Virus record (IMG/VR): IMGVR_UViG_2799112923_000002
Coordinates: 128,001-166,911 of that record
DNA length: 38,911 nucleotides
From: a virus
Taxonomy: Duplodnaviria; Heunggongvirae; Uroviricota; Caudoviricetes
Strand: one strand, 5' to 3'
Both the position numbers and the translations under genes were made by a program. How positions within the stretch are numbered: position 1 is the stretch's first letter; each line of letters opens with the position of its first letter. Positions 19,876 to 32,440 of the stretch are shown here, one piece after another. The notes below the pieces were generated by a model. It was not told the DNA's origin. It did no database searches and was given only the letters and a program-made list of their open reading frames with translations.

Positions 19876-22800
19876 TTATAATGCGTTAATCAGTGTTTCA
19901 ATGTCTCCAACAATGTCATACACGCACTTTGCGCTCGGATACTGTGTGTCTGTAGAAGAAGAGGAAAGAGAGGTGACTTTGTTACTCGTTTCTTCTTTGC
20001 CATCAAGAGAGTCTTGAACGGAATCTCCATTCCCATCCTGAATCCAATCAAAGCCCGTTGCAGATTCATTGTATATATTTACATCAATGAGGTCTACATC
20101 TCCACCAAATTCCGAGCTGGCGAAAGAACTGGAGCCCGTAAATGTTTTATTTCCGGCAATCGTTTCGTTCCCAGTATTATGAACTACAGCGGAGTCATTT
20201 GCCTTGCTTGAATCACTCGGGTGAACATGATCCTCTCTAGCATATTTGGTGGCAGTGCCAACTGCCGCAGTTCCATCCATTAATGGGGTTGCTGTAGCTG
20301 CTACCGCAGTCGCATTAAGAGTTAATGTATCGTTTGCATAAGAACTTGTAAGCCCAGTACCTGCAACAACCTTAGCTGTGGCCTCTCTTGTAACAACCGA
20401 CCAGACACCAGTTGATTTAAGAGTGTAAACAAACACCTGGTCACCCTGTTGGCTAATAGTGTGACTATTTACACTACGATAGTATTGGAATTCAACATTG
20501 GTAGGATTTGCTTGGTTGGTACCACCAACATATGCCATAAAGGCCATTCTACTTTGTGCGCCAGTAGCTGGATTCGCGTTTGATGATGCACGACAATAAA
20601 CAACTTTATTATCAGTATAGGCATCCATAAAATCCTGCCATGTGGAGTGGCCATAAGATAAGATGGTCATTCCTGTCATGAACCCACTGTCGTTGGTCAG
20701 ATCACTTGTCTTGGTAGGTATCGTTGTCGTATCAGGAAGCGCTCCAACGTCAGACGCAGAGAGGACAACATCGCCAGTCTGCGTGTTCACAGATGTCACT
20801 GGAGCACTCGTGATAAATCCGCTGTCATTCGTCAGATCGCTGGTCTTGGTTGGAATTGTTGGCTTTCCAATTAAATCACTATATGTACCTGTCTTTGCAA
20901 TCTTATGTAATGTAATATTTCCACTTAATGATTCACTAGATGAAGTTGACTGAGCCGTAGTAGCTGTAGTATTAAGTGTTCCTGGTGAGATAGAACTCAA
21001 TACATTATTATTATCGATGCTCAATCCACCACTAAGTGTTATAGCTCCATTTTTAGCTCCAAGTGACGTAACCGCAGTTTTTAAATATCCTTCGTTAGCG
21101 TGATCTCCCCAACTATAAGCAGTGTTACCATTTGATGCATAAGTTGCAATATTAGTATCAAGCGTTCAAGTATTTGCTGCAGTTTTCTTTAATATACCAC
21201 TAGTGCCGGATAATCCAGCAATGGCTGTTAAATCTGCATCTTTAGGCTGATAGCCACTTAAATCAATACTAGTGTCTCCAATTTTTGTCCAAGTATTATT
21301 GGCATAAACATATTCTTCATATTTGTCGGATCCAGATCCAGTAGGTCCAATTAAATAAAGCACATTACTTTGTGGATCTGTAACTGCAGAAGTACTGGCG
21401 GCAATTTCATAGCTAAATTGATCAATCGCTCCAATAAGATTATCGACTTCTGTTTTTGTATAAAGATTTGAAGATGTAATATTTGTATATGGTGTTACAC
21501 TTCCATTCTTATACCATACTAATTCTCCTTGCGTAACTAAATTAAATGTGTATAAAGAATTTGGATAACTAGAATTTCAATAAGGATATCCTATAAATCA
21601 ATATACATATTCCCCATTTTCGTTTTCAATAGTTGGTATATCTTGCGTTCAGACTCTTTGATACGTAGTATTGTTATAAGTTACGTCCATTGGTGCAAGA
21701 TAAAACAATCCATCAGATCCTATTGTTCCTCTTAAGTATATAGGTTTTCGTATAATTAAGCCAAGACTATTTGCTGCACCTGCACTTGCTACGCAGTTAT
21801 CACTGTATCTAAGATCTACTGAACAATGATTAATAGTGGTTGATATATTCATATCAGCATTTGCAGCAAACATTGAACTACTATTTGTATACCTTATCCC
21901 TTTTGTGTAATCAAATCCTTCAGTACAATATAATCTTGTTCCTTTCGCACTAATATTCGTTGTATTACTAGTTTGACTTGCACTGTATATAGACGGCCCT
22001 AATGCATTTCCTTCTTTATTAAATCCAATAATACTATATCCAGAAATTCTTATTCCTGTATTTTCATTTTTAGTGGCATTCTTTAAATAATTATACGTTT
22101 GTTGTGTATACGTATATGTATTATCATCAGCCGATTCATACAATCCTTGAGTTGTAGCAGTTAGATTAGTTCACTTTCCTGCTGAATTTGATGCACTAGT
22201 ACTAGTTGTATAATAGGTTGAATTTAATTTAAGATAATCTGTTCTGTATGCATCTGCCTCTATTTCTAATTCATCAGATAGAGTTACGGTGCAATTAATA
22301 GCTTCTTCTAAAATAACTTCTATTGTTCTAGAATAACGAGTATTTGCAACAGCACTACCAGAAGAATAATCGGTAACCGGAGTTGGAACATAAGAACTAA
22401 CTAAACTCACACCAATTTTATGACCATATCCTGCAGTATAACCTGCGGAAGTGGTTTCATGTATCATATGATAATAAATTGGTCTATATGATGTATTTTT
22501 TTGACTTTGGAAGAAATGGAAAGTATTATAAGTGCCAGCAGTACCATTTCAATTACAATCGTAAATCGCTCTTTCTAATAAACCTACATCTATAACAGAT
22601 GCAGATGATGAAGATTTATATTTTTGTGTTTCGTCATCAAGATGAATGTTTAATTTATATTTAACACTCCACTGAGAATCTCAACTATTTGGAGTAACTG
22701 TTAAAAAATAAAAAGATTGATTAGCATATGAATTATTATTTGGAGCAGAACCATTAGCTACACCTAAAACGCCAGTATATACTTTTTTCTGGGCAACAAA

Positions 22801-23148
22801 ACCTTTATACATTGATAAATTGTTAGTTGTATCATTATAAACATACTCTAACGTTCCATCAAATTTAGTAGCATGTAGTTCTCCATCTTCAGCGTATACT
22901 TCTGAATTAGTATATGTTTGAGGATTTGCGGATTGTTCTTGCGCACCAACTAAATAAAGTTTAGAATCACTATCTGTAGCACCTGCTGTATTCTTAGTAT
23001 CTGTTTTTGCATTAATTGCAGTATAAACACCTCCAGAAGTAACTACACTTGTACTACCTTCTGTAACAGAAGATGTGACTCCCGATATACGGGAGTCATG
23101 TATATCTTCTGTGCTATTATTTGGGAGTTTTATTTTCTGGATTGCCAT
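19876..23148 (-). CDS. Long tail fibre-like protein (1090 aa)
   Basis: Five track ORFs are in one frame and are separated only by TGA. IPTKTSDLTNDSGF repeats, VTSVNTQTGDVVL, YAREDHVHP. Ends DIETLINAL. Confidence 0.85.
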
Positions 23149-23160
23149 ATACGTTTAAAT

Positions 23161-24744
23161 TTAAGAAACAGTTACACTCAGATCTCCATATTTAGCTACT
23201 TTCACCTTATCGTTTGTTCCAACAGTAATAGTTTGTGCTGCAGCAGTACCAGTACCAACACCAGTAACAGCTGTAACCTTATCATTAGTACCAACTGTAA
23301 TTGCTGTACCAACACTACTTGTAGGCATTGCTGTAACAGCGTTAACTGTATCGTTTGTATCAGCTTCAACAGCTGCACCAGAAGCAGTAGGATTAGCAGC
23401 TTGTAAGTATGTAATACGTCCTGTTCCGGTACTAGTATTAGCGGTTAAAGTAACTGTAGGTTGTGTATTTGTAAATGTACTAGACGCACCAATAACATTT
23501 GCAGTTGATGCTGTACCTAAACCTGTAATTGCTGCTGCAGAACTTCCAATGGTAACTCCGGTAACAACAGCGTCACCTGTACCAGATTCACTTGTTGCAC
23601 CAGTAGCAACAGTAACAGCTGTACCAACTTTTGCAACAGTTTTATCACTAATAGTAACCGCAGTAACGATATCACTACCCGTTCCAGTTGAAGCGACTGC
23701 ACCAGTAGCAGCAGTAATTGCTGTACCAAGAGTGGTATTAGTTGCAGTGAGTGCTGTTCCAAGAGTAACTTTAGATGCTGTTACATCGCTTCCATTTCCT
23801 CCACCTATAATAAGTGTTTCAGAATCATTTCCAGTGCCCATTGTAAATGTTCAAGTAGATTTATTGGCAGTTACAGATGTATTACCTGTAACATTAGGAA
23901 TCGAAACAGAAGTATTACCTGTAACATTAGGAATAGACGTTGTAACAAGTTTGCTTGCAGTTTTTGTAACTTTAGATACGGATTCTGTACCATTTGTTGG
24001 TACAATAGATGTCGTAACAAGATTCTTTCCTGTTTCTGCAGATACAGATTTTACGAACGTATCTGTAGTAGGAGATGCATAACCTGTAACAACTGTTTTC
24101 TGATCTTTACTATTCCATGCAGCTCCACCTCCAGAAGCGGCAGCACTTAGATATCTTGTTGTTCCGCCTAAAGCAATTGTAGGTTGTGTTACAGTAAATG
24201 TTGTATCAGCACCAAGAACTGAATCTTTTGTTGGAGTACCATGTGTAACACTACCACTAGTTAATGCAAATGTCGTAGCTTCACCTAAAACTTTATCTGT
24301 TGTACCACCACTAAATGTTACAGCAGAAGTCGAATTTGTAAATGTAGTAGCTTCACCTAGAACATTATCACCATTACCTTTATTTAAAGTAACTGTATCT
24401 TTATATGCAAGCTCGCCAAGATTAGAAATATCAACATCTGTTGATCCAATTAATTCCCAAGCATATGTCTCAGGATCGGTACCTAGGCCAACAGTAACAT
24501 ATTCGTTTTTGGTATTTCCTGCAGCAGGATCATCACCAGGAATTAAATAAATATGTCCCAATGTATCTTCAGAAGCAGTTGGTAATTCATCAGCGAGTAT
24601 ATATCCGCCCTTTATAGCTTCTGCAATTGCGGCTTCAACTTCAGCTTTTGTATAAGTTTCTGATTTACGATAAGCATCGTTATCTTTTAAAATATAAGTA
24701 TTACCAGATGGTAATTTTATTTTACTAATATATAAATCAGCCAT
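23161..24744 (-). CDS. Thr/Val/Gly-rich fibre-like protein (527 aa)
   Basis: ORFs 23851..24744 and 23161..23841 joined by a single TGA. Internal repeats (IPNVTGNTSV x2, VLGEATTF x3, ITVGTNDKV x2). Confidence 0.75.
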
Positions 24745-24746
24745 AA

Positions 24747-25409
24747 TTAATTTCTATTAAATATTAATGTGTCTCCTATGACCTCTTCTGCATCGGTCAC
24801 ATTTAATTTATTGTTCCATTTATTACGTTCTTCGGCAGTAATGTGCCGAATGTTATCATTTATATGATCTAAGAAATCTTGTTTACTAGCTTCATCTGTA
24901 AAAGCAAGATCTTGAACATATCCATTACCAGATCCAATTTTAATTCCCGGGACGTTTATAATCTGTCCATCTTTTTCAATAGTTTCATAATCAGAATAAA
25001 TTATAATTGCTCCAGGTTCTGGAATATATCCTATAGCTTTATTTCAATTTTCAGTGGTATCGTATTTTATATTTAGAGATTCTAATTTTTCTTTTAATTC
25101 GTCTGTAAAAACATTTCCGCTATATCCGGCAAGTACAAAATCCCAATATATTGATTTCACACCTATACAAACACCACCATCATCAAATATTAAATTTATT
25201 GGTTCTGTATCCCTTGTTGCTAAATGACTTTTTGAACAGGCTAGTAATGCGGTTTTGTACACTACAAAATCACAACAATAATTATCATTAAAATAATGAT
25301 TACCTTGTTTCCACTCTCCTGCAAAATGGAACGATTTACCTTTTTCATAATCTCTTGTATGACCTGTTACAAAGGTACTTCCATAATTAACTTTTATATC
25401 ATTTAACAT
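24747..25409 (-). CDS. Fibre-associated structural protein (220 aa)
   Basis: Extended through TGA 25044. W...IPEPGAIIIYSD...PGIKIGSG resembles an Mtd_N/hyaluronidase-type N-domain. HITAEERNKWN fibre motif. Confidence 0.65.
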
Positions 25410-25423
25410 ATATAATTATCTTA

Positions 25424-27787
25424 TTAAATCGTATAAATACTTCCTCCTACATATATTGTTCATCCTCTTGCGTTAGCTTGTGATAAAGCCGAAGAAGTAA
25501 TCTTGCCACTTGCGCTTGCTGGAAGATATAAATTTGCGGATGAAAGTCCTCTGGTTAATTCTGATTTAAAAGGATCTGTTAACAAAATTCTTGCGCTCAT
25601 TGTATCAGCTCCTTGATTTTTAGTTATTGAAAATACAGTATATCCTGAATCAAGAACTTCGGTATGATCGCCAGATGTCAAAGTTTTTGTATTTCCATTA
25701 TTAACTAATGTAACTGAACAATTTGATAATGCTAAATTAAATTTCATAGTACCGCCTGTAATAGTCTTAAAGAAATTACAATCGCCATACGCATTAAATT
25801 CTATTGGAAGATTCCATCCATCTCCGGTTACACTTCAACCATTAAACGAATTGGTATCGTTTTCAAAATGAGCTGTGTCAGAAGTATTCTGTCGTAAATC
25901 AAATACATTAGATAACATATAATTAATGCTATCCGCATTTAAACTTTCAAGATTACCTGCATAGAGATTTTCATTTTTTGCATTATATCTCTTAACTCCA
26001 TCTAAACTCCAGCTACCCTTGTTTAAATTTTTAATGTATGCTGTAACAAGATTTGGAGCATAAAATACAGCATTATTGTAAACAACATCTGGTCCATCAT
26101 CAATAATATTTCATGCTACAGGTTCGACAAATTTCATATCTAAAATATGTCGTATTTCCAAAAGATTTCCGGATCTAAAAGCTCCATAACACATAGGTGC
26201 AACAGTAATTGTACTGTGTTTTGTATCAATTGTTGAAGCAGATGCATTTTGATAATTTCCAAATCTAGTTAATGCACTTCCATCTAAAGCATAGTGAATG
26301 TCGCATACAGGTTCTGATAAATCTGTGATTTCAGGTCAAGAATTAACTGCCATTAATTCATTAGGGTAATTAACAAGGCTCGATCCTTCAAAAGCTCCAA
26401 CAAAATCACAAACGTTCATGGTTTTATTAAAAGTAATATTACTAATACCTTGTGTTTGTCTGAAAGTATTATGTAAACTTTTTATATTACCGGTATTAAA
26501 AGTAATATGTAAATTCGTAGCTAATGAAGAATGATCAAACATACTTCCCATACTCGCAAGTAAGGTATCATAACCTTCTCGATCCAAACCTAAATTGAAA
26601 GTCACATAGAAATCTGTATAATCGCCTTTTGATTTTGCAAATAAGTGATCAGCAAACTTTGGATCGGTAATAGAAGTATAATAAAATGTATCGTATATCG
26701 TGCGACTTAAATCTGGAACTATTGGATTAGAATGGTGTTTCGTTAAATCTGCCCATACTTTAAAAGGAAATCCTGCAGTAACTAAATTTGATAAATTCGT
26801 TACTATTGGAAATCTTACATTATCGTATGGTTCTGAATACGGATAACCAGTAGTATATGCAAAATCATAATTTCTACCACTAATCACATAAGCTACATTT
26901 GATTCTCCATTGTAATCATTAATTATTTGATCGTGTAGACCTTGTATGTCTTCATAATAAGTTCCAGTTTCCTTAAATGCAAGTTTATGTGCAATTAAAG
27001 CATTTTCAAAAGTTCTTTCTTTATGATATACATTTTGTTCTTCTACATAAGCATCAAATCCTTCAATTGTAGAAGGGTCAATAGTATCACCCCGTTGTCT
27101 TTTAATTATTATTGGATTTGCTAAAGTAATAGTTCCATCAGCATCCGGAGTAGTATTTGTATAAATTATAATTGCAACTTGCCAATGATGATCTATACCT
27201 CCAGATGGAAAACTTTTTCATTCTGGCATAAAAAGAGAATAAGATGTTTTGTTATAAAGATGCCCAATCGCACCATATCCATAAGCATCTCCTCTTAAAG
27301 TCAGTTCATCGGCCAATACTTGAGTAGTGTCGTTTGTATAAACAACATTTTGTCGTACATCTGATACAACATTAATCTCCGCATTTACAGATGTATTATA
27401 AGGAAGTATACATGGGCCAACCAAACGTGCGTTCCATCAAGTTAATATAAGATTTGTTTTTGACACTTCTGTTAATTGTGCTCTAACAGCATCTGTCATT
27501 CCCATTAATTTTAGCATATTGATGCTTCTAGATCTATATGCCAATTCGTCTGCTGTAGGAGTGTTTCCACTACCAGATCCTACTAAATCAGACGTAACGA
27601 TTGGAACATTTGGTTTGAATTTTGAAATTATGATTCTATCAATTTGTATATCAATTCCACTAGAAGGCTGTTCTGTATTACGCGTTCAATCTAAAAAATT
27701 ATTAATTGCCGATCCTTCACTTATACCCAAAGGCCTATTAAATTTTAAAGCCTTTGGTGTAGTATCATTGTATTTTAGTCCTGCCAT
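25424..27787 (-). CDS. Large putative receptor-binding/tail spike protein (787 aa)
   Basis: TAATG-coupled ATG 27787. Joins 27218..27424, 26336..26887 and 25460..25747 in frame through TGA. Degenerate LRR-like segment. Ends ANARGWTIYVGG. Confidence 0.65.
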
Positions 27788-29082
27788 TATCCATTATTTT
27801 GAGCTGTATCTACGATAACATAAAGAACATTAGATTGTAAAGTACCAGCACTTTGCATATTATCGTATTCTACTTGTGTACAACGAATGTAATTCATGTT
27901 TCCTCCACCTGGAGATGTAGCATTTACCCATCCGGATCCATTATATAAAAGAACTTGGTTATTTGATGGAGAACTGATAGTAACACCCGGTATATCATTA
28001 AGACTTGTTATTGCAGCAGGTATTGTTGGCTTGTTTAATAAATCGTTATAGCTACCAGTTTTAGAAACTTTATGAAGATTGATTGTACCAGAGAATGATT
28101 CTGATGCGCTTGTTGACTGAGCAGTAGTATTTGTTGAATTTAAAGAACCAACTGTACCACCGCCACCTGATATCTCAAGATTTCCACTTCCAAGAATAGA
28201 GTTACCGTTGATTGTTTTAATATTAGTACCAGATACTAAAGCGTCTTGTTTTCCATTTCAATTACTAATATCTGAAGAAGTAATATTTTTTGCAGCAGAA
28301 GCTGAGAAAATAGGATCAGTTTCTTCTACAGATCCGTCATTTCAATTATTAATATCTTGTTGAGTAATTGCTTTTACCCAACTTGGTACGGTAGGGTCTG
28401 CTTCAGAAGTAACAACTGTTCCTAAATCTACAACACCATTCGAATCAGGATTCTTTGTAGTATTATTTAATTTTACACCGGTTACAGTACCAACATTAGA
28501 TGTTTTACTATTCCAATTTTGTATATCAGAAGCACTAATACTTGCAGCACTGGATGCAGAAAATATTGGATCTGTTTCGGTAGTTAAGTAACTCCCTTCA
28601 ATTGTAGAAACTCTATTAGATACATCAGATATCTTTCCATCAAGAATTCTACCTTGATTTGCAGATAATGCTTGATCAGAAGCGCTTGAATTTAAATGAT
28701 CTACAATTGGAATACTAACCTGTCCAATTTCGATTCAGGTTTCACCTCCATCCGTAGAATAACTTAAGAAATCACCATCGATTTTAAATTTAAGATCGTC
28801 TCAATCGTCTGCAGAAACCGAACATAATACAAATGACCAATATTGTGAATCGACATCTACAGGATTGTCTCCATCATAAATCAATACTGGCTCTACATTA
28901 GCGTCTGATAAATGGTTGCGTTTACAAGCAAGAATCACATTTTTATATGATACAAAATCGGTTACGTAATCATCATTATAATAATAAGCACCTTCTTTCC
29001 AAGGGCCCCTTCATTCAAACGAATGACCTCTTACAGGATCTTTTGAACAAGGATTTTTATATGAATTACAACAATTTCCCAT
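27787..29082 (-). CDS. Tail/head fibre protein (431 aa), entirely missed by the ORF track
   Basis: MGNCCNSY... with 5 TGA. YSTDGGETW, ALSANQGRIL, ETDPIFSAS..I..DI.NWN repeats, KQDALVSGTNIKTINGNSILGSG. Ends TQVEYDNM...VLYVIVD. Confidence 0.8.
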
Positions 29083-29087
29083 TTAAT

Positions 29088-29255
29088 TTATATTAAGGTT
29101 ACGTTATTATGAATTACATGCTCGTTGTATAACATTAACTTGCATATAAGTTTCATCTCTTTTATTCTTTTTTCATCCACAGGATGACCTAGTTCTCAGT
29201 TTCTTAACTCTTCTAAGAACATTTTATATAAGTTATCAACACTAATCGCATCCAC
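29088..29255 (-). CDS. Small hypothetical protein (55 aa, GTG start)
   Basis: (M)DAISVDNLYKMFLEELRNWELGHP... fills the gap and overlaps the upstream stop. Confidence 0.45.
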
Positions 29256-29931
29256 AACGAACCGCTTTTACTTTTAAATCCTTACATAAACCGCCACATT
29301 TACTTAAGGCGTTTAGTATTCTCTCAGCTTCCAAAAAATTACATTTGCGAATTAAATCTTTTAAGATAATAATCGCTGTAAATAAAATATCTGTATCAGA
29401 GGTTCTATTATTTTGACAAGCGCCTCTACAATTGTTTTTTAAATAATCGTTTAATTCGTTTTTAGCTTTTACTAAATAACATTTAATTAGATTATATATT
29501 GAGAAAACTCTATCATCAAATCAGAATGAATTATTAGTTCTGCACTCTTTTACAGTATTGAATGCTTCATCGAAACATGCGATATGCTGGCCTTCTGCAT
29601 CAATGATATAAATATGCTCTGTATCAGTGTAACATATTGAATCTCCAGCATGACCTTTTAATGGAATTACAAGTTTTTGATATAAATATAATCCATCTCC
29701 GGGTATTTCAAAAGTTCTACATCTTTCTAAACATCTAATATCTGTAACAAGTGTTTTATAGGTAGCAAGGACTTGTGCATCAACTCCATCGTATGAAAGA
29801 ATCCTTTCATATATTACATGGTTTAGATCTAAGCCTTCCTCTTCGATTCATTCCTCATAATGAGAATGATCTACAGCATATAAATCACCGTCGTTATTAA
29901 TTCCAAGCTCAACACAAAGTCTACTATCCAT
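29242..29931 (-). CDS. Cys-rich hypothetical (tail hub/structural?) protein (229 aa)
   Basis: TAATG-coupled to the portal. 2 TGA. Ends EAERILNALSKCGGLCK...RCGCD. Confidence 0.65.
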
Positions 29932-32150
29932 TATACGTCTCTTATTTGATCATTATATGGATTACCGTCCCTAATTTGCAGAATTTCTGCTTGAAGTTGT
30001 TTTTCTTTAACTTCGATTAGTTTGTCGTTATAATCCTTCTTATCGCGAGCAATTCTATCTTCAATCTGAACTCTTTGCTGTTCAATATCCATCTTTCTAT
30101 TGGAATTATTTTGAAGTTGCTTTTGTAAAGATTGAATTTGTTCCTCGTATTGCTTAATTTGTTTTTCGTATTGTTTTTGTTGTCCAGTAAGTTGTTCAAC
30201 TTGTTGTTGTAATTGTCCAAGCATATTATTTTCTGATTTCTTATCTGCAAGAGCTTTAGCAAGATATCGTTTAAGCTGTGTCATATTTTTTGCTCTAACA
30301 ATTTCAATCAAATCTACCGGATCGATAAACTGAGCTTTGATTAATTCTGTAGTAGAAGCTTGTAGTTGTTCTCTCATTTGATATGATTCTGAACTATCTT
30401 CTATATGAATATCAAAATCAGTCATTCTATAGTGTTCAGGTAATGCAGTAAAAGTTTTTACTAAACGATCTCCTAAAACTATTGTTCCAGTAATACCATC
30501 TTTGTAAACATATTTTGCTTCATTTAATAGATCATAGTTTACTTCTTTATACATAAGATCCATTCCATGAAAATACTGTTTTGTTAATAATGTAGATTGA
30601 TGAATTCCAACCTTAACATTACTTACTGCATCTCTTTGTTCGATCTGTCCAAGTTTTTCAGCAAACACTCCAGTAATTGCAGATGCTTGCGCTTCAATAC
30701 TTTCTATTGCTATTTGAATCGCTTGAATAGATTGAGCCTTAATTGTATCATCAAATCCATTAAATGTTGTATTAATTAACTGTGAACCTTCTTGTGACGA
30801 ATCGTATAATGCAATTCCGTTCTTTTTATAAGCTTGCCATTTCATTACACGTTCAGGCATATCCACACCTAAAACAACAGGAATATGTGCAATATCAATC
30901 CAATCTCCAACAGTACCACTAGTTGCAATAAGATTGTCTCTAGAATAAAGTAAAAGATCGTATCGATCTTGAAGATTCATTGTTGACATCATTAAACTAT
31001 AAGGTTGTCCGTTTTTATCATTAAAAAACATACCATTTATATTTAATGAGACATCTTTTGGATTAGTTCTACTTTGAATATAATATTTAGATTCACCTGG
31101 AGTAATATATATCTCATTAGCAATTTTTACTCCAAAATGAAGTACATTTCTCCTTTGTTTCTTATCTCATTCGATTCATTCACACTCAAATACTTCTATT
31201 AAATCCGAATTGTGATAATTGTAAGTTCCTGATTCATCTCAGGGGAATAAAGGGTGAATTTCTCGTCCTGCTAAAATACCTGGCGTTCTTTCATGCGGTT
31301 TTCCTAACATATTGCCATCAGGATCGTATAATGCACCTGTCGTTCTAACAACGATCGCTCTATCACCTCGATCTCGTCTTGAATATATAGAATTTATTTT
31401 TTCTAATGCTTCATCGCCTAAATCATCAGCATATTCTGTAAGAATTTGTTCTTTTGTAAGTCATCTTCTTACAACAGCTCTTCTTGATTTATTTAGATAA
31501 AATTCATTAGGGTTTCGTTCTATAAATGTATCAACAGGATTTAAAATTTCAAGATTTATATCATCTCCTTTAGGTTTCGTTCTATAATAACAAATACCTC
31601 CAATAAGAAGGTCTGTAAATAACTCTCGCATCTTATTTTTAAGATCAATATCTCTTGAATTTTTAATATACGCAAGAATGTTTTGCGCAGCTATTTCATA
31701 ATCAGAAACATATGTATTTTCTATTTCCGATTTAATCTTTTGCATTTGTTTTTCAATGAATGGATCGTTCACTGGTTGCTGATTATTTAAAAGTATATTT
31801 ACAATTACATTTTGTAAATACTTTTTCAAAAAATCATATAAAGCTTTATCTATTTTTAATTTTTTATCTCTAAAAATATTTGAGACGGTTTCGTCGTCTT
31901 TACAAGTAACTTGTAATTCCGGATCTAGTTCGAGATATTCACCTACAAGCACATCTATATGCTTTTTAATTAGAGGGGTGAATCCGACAGATGTTGGAAC
32001 GCCAATACCGTAATTTTCCTCAATATGTCTAAACTGATCAGCATCTCTAACACCATGATAATAATTATATGCTTTTTTGAGTGCTGTTTTGTCATAAACT
32101 AAATCACCAATACAGCGATTTATTTGTTCAATTTCTTTTTGTTTTACCAT
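29931..32150 (-). CDS. Portal protein (739 aa)
   Basis: ORFs 31461..32150 and 29931..31031 joined through 4 TGA. AYNYYHG...PLIKKHIDVLVGE and ITGVFAEKLGQI..RDAVSNV motifs, C-terminal coiled coil. Downstream of TerL. Confidence 0.9.
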
Positions 32151-32440
32151 CCTAATTCTAATTCACCATTCTCGTTACATTGAAGTACAGGGAGTTCTCT
32201 AGTTGTTTTTCAGTACTTAACTTCTTCTAAACGTCTTTTTCTCATTTCACGTTTAACAAACTTTTTGAACTTTTCCTCATCTCCTTGTATACTCATGACT
32301 ATCGGCGGAACAAGTTCTCTATTTAAATAAAGATAGAGTGTTCACACATCATCTTCATGTCCAACATGGAATTTGGTAATATAATCTCGATCCGTTGTGT
32401 CATCAATTATTTGTTTAATCTCTTCTTCTAATTCCGTCAT
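32144..32440 (-). CDS. Hypothetical protein between TerL and portal (98 aa)
   Basis: MTELEEEIKQII... with 2 TGA. Overlaps both neighbours. Confidence 0.65.

Noticed and set aside
18457-20050. Duplicated fibre C-termini as a DGR template/variable repeat pair
   Set aside because: Differences are mostly synonymous third-position changes, not adenine-specific. Both copies are coding and no reverse transcriptase is in the window.
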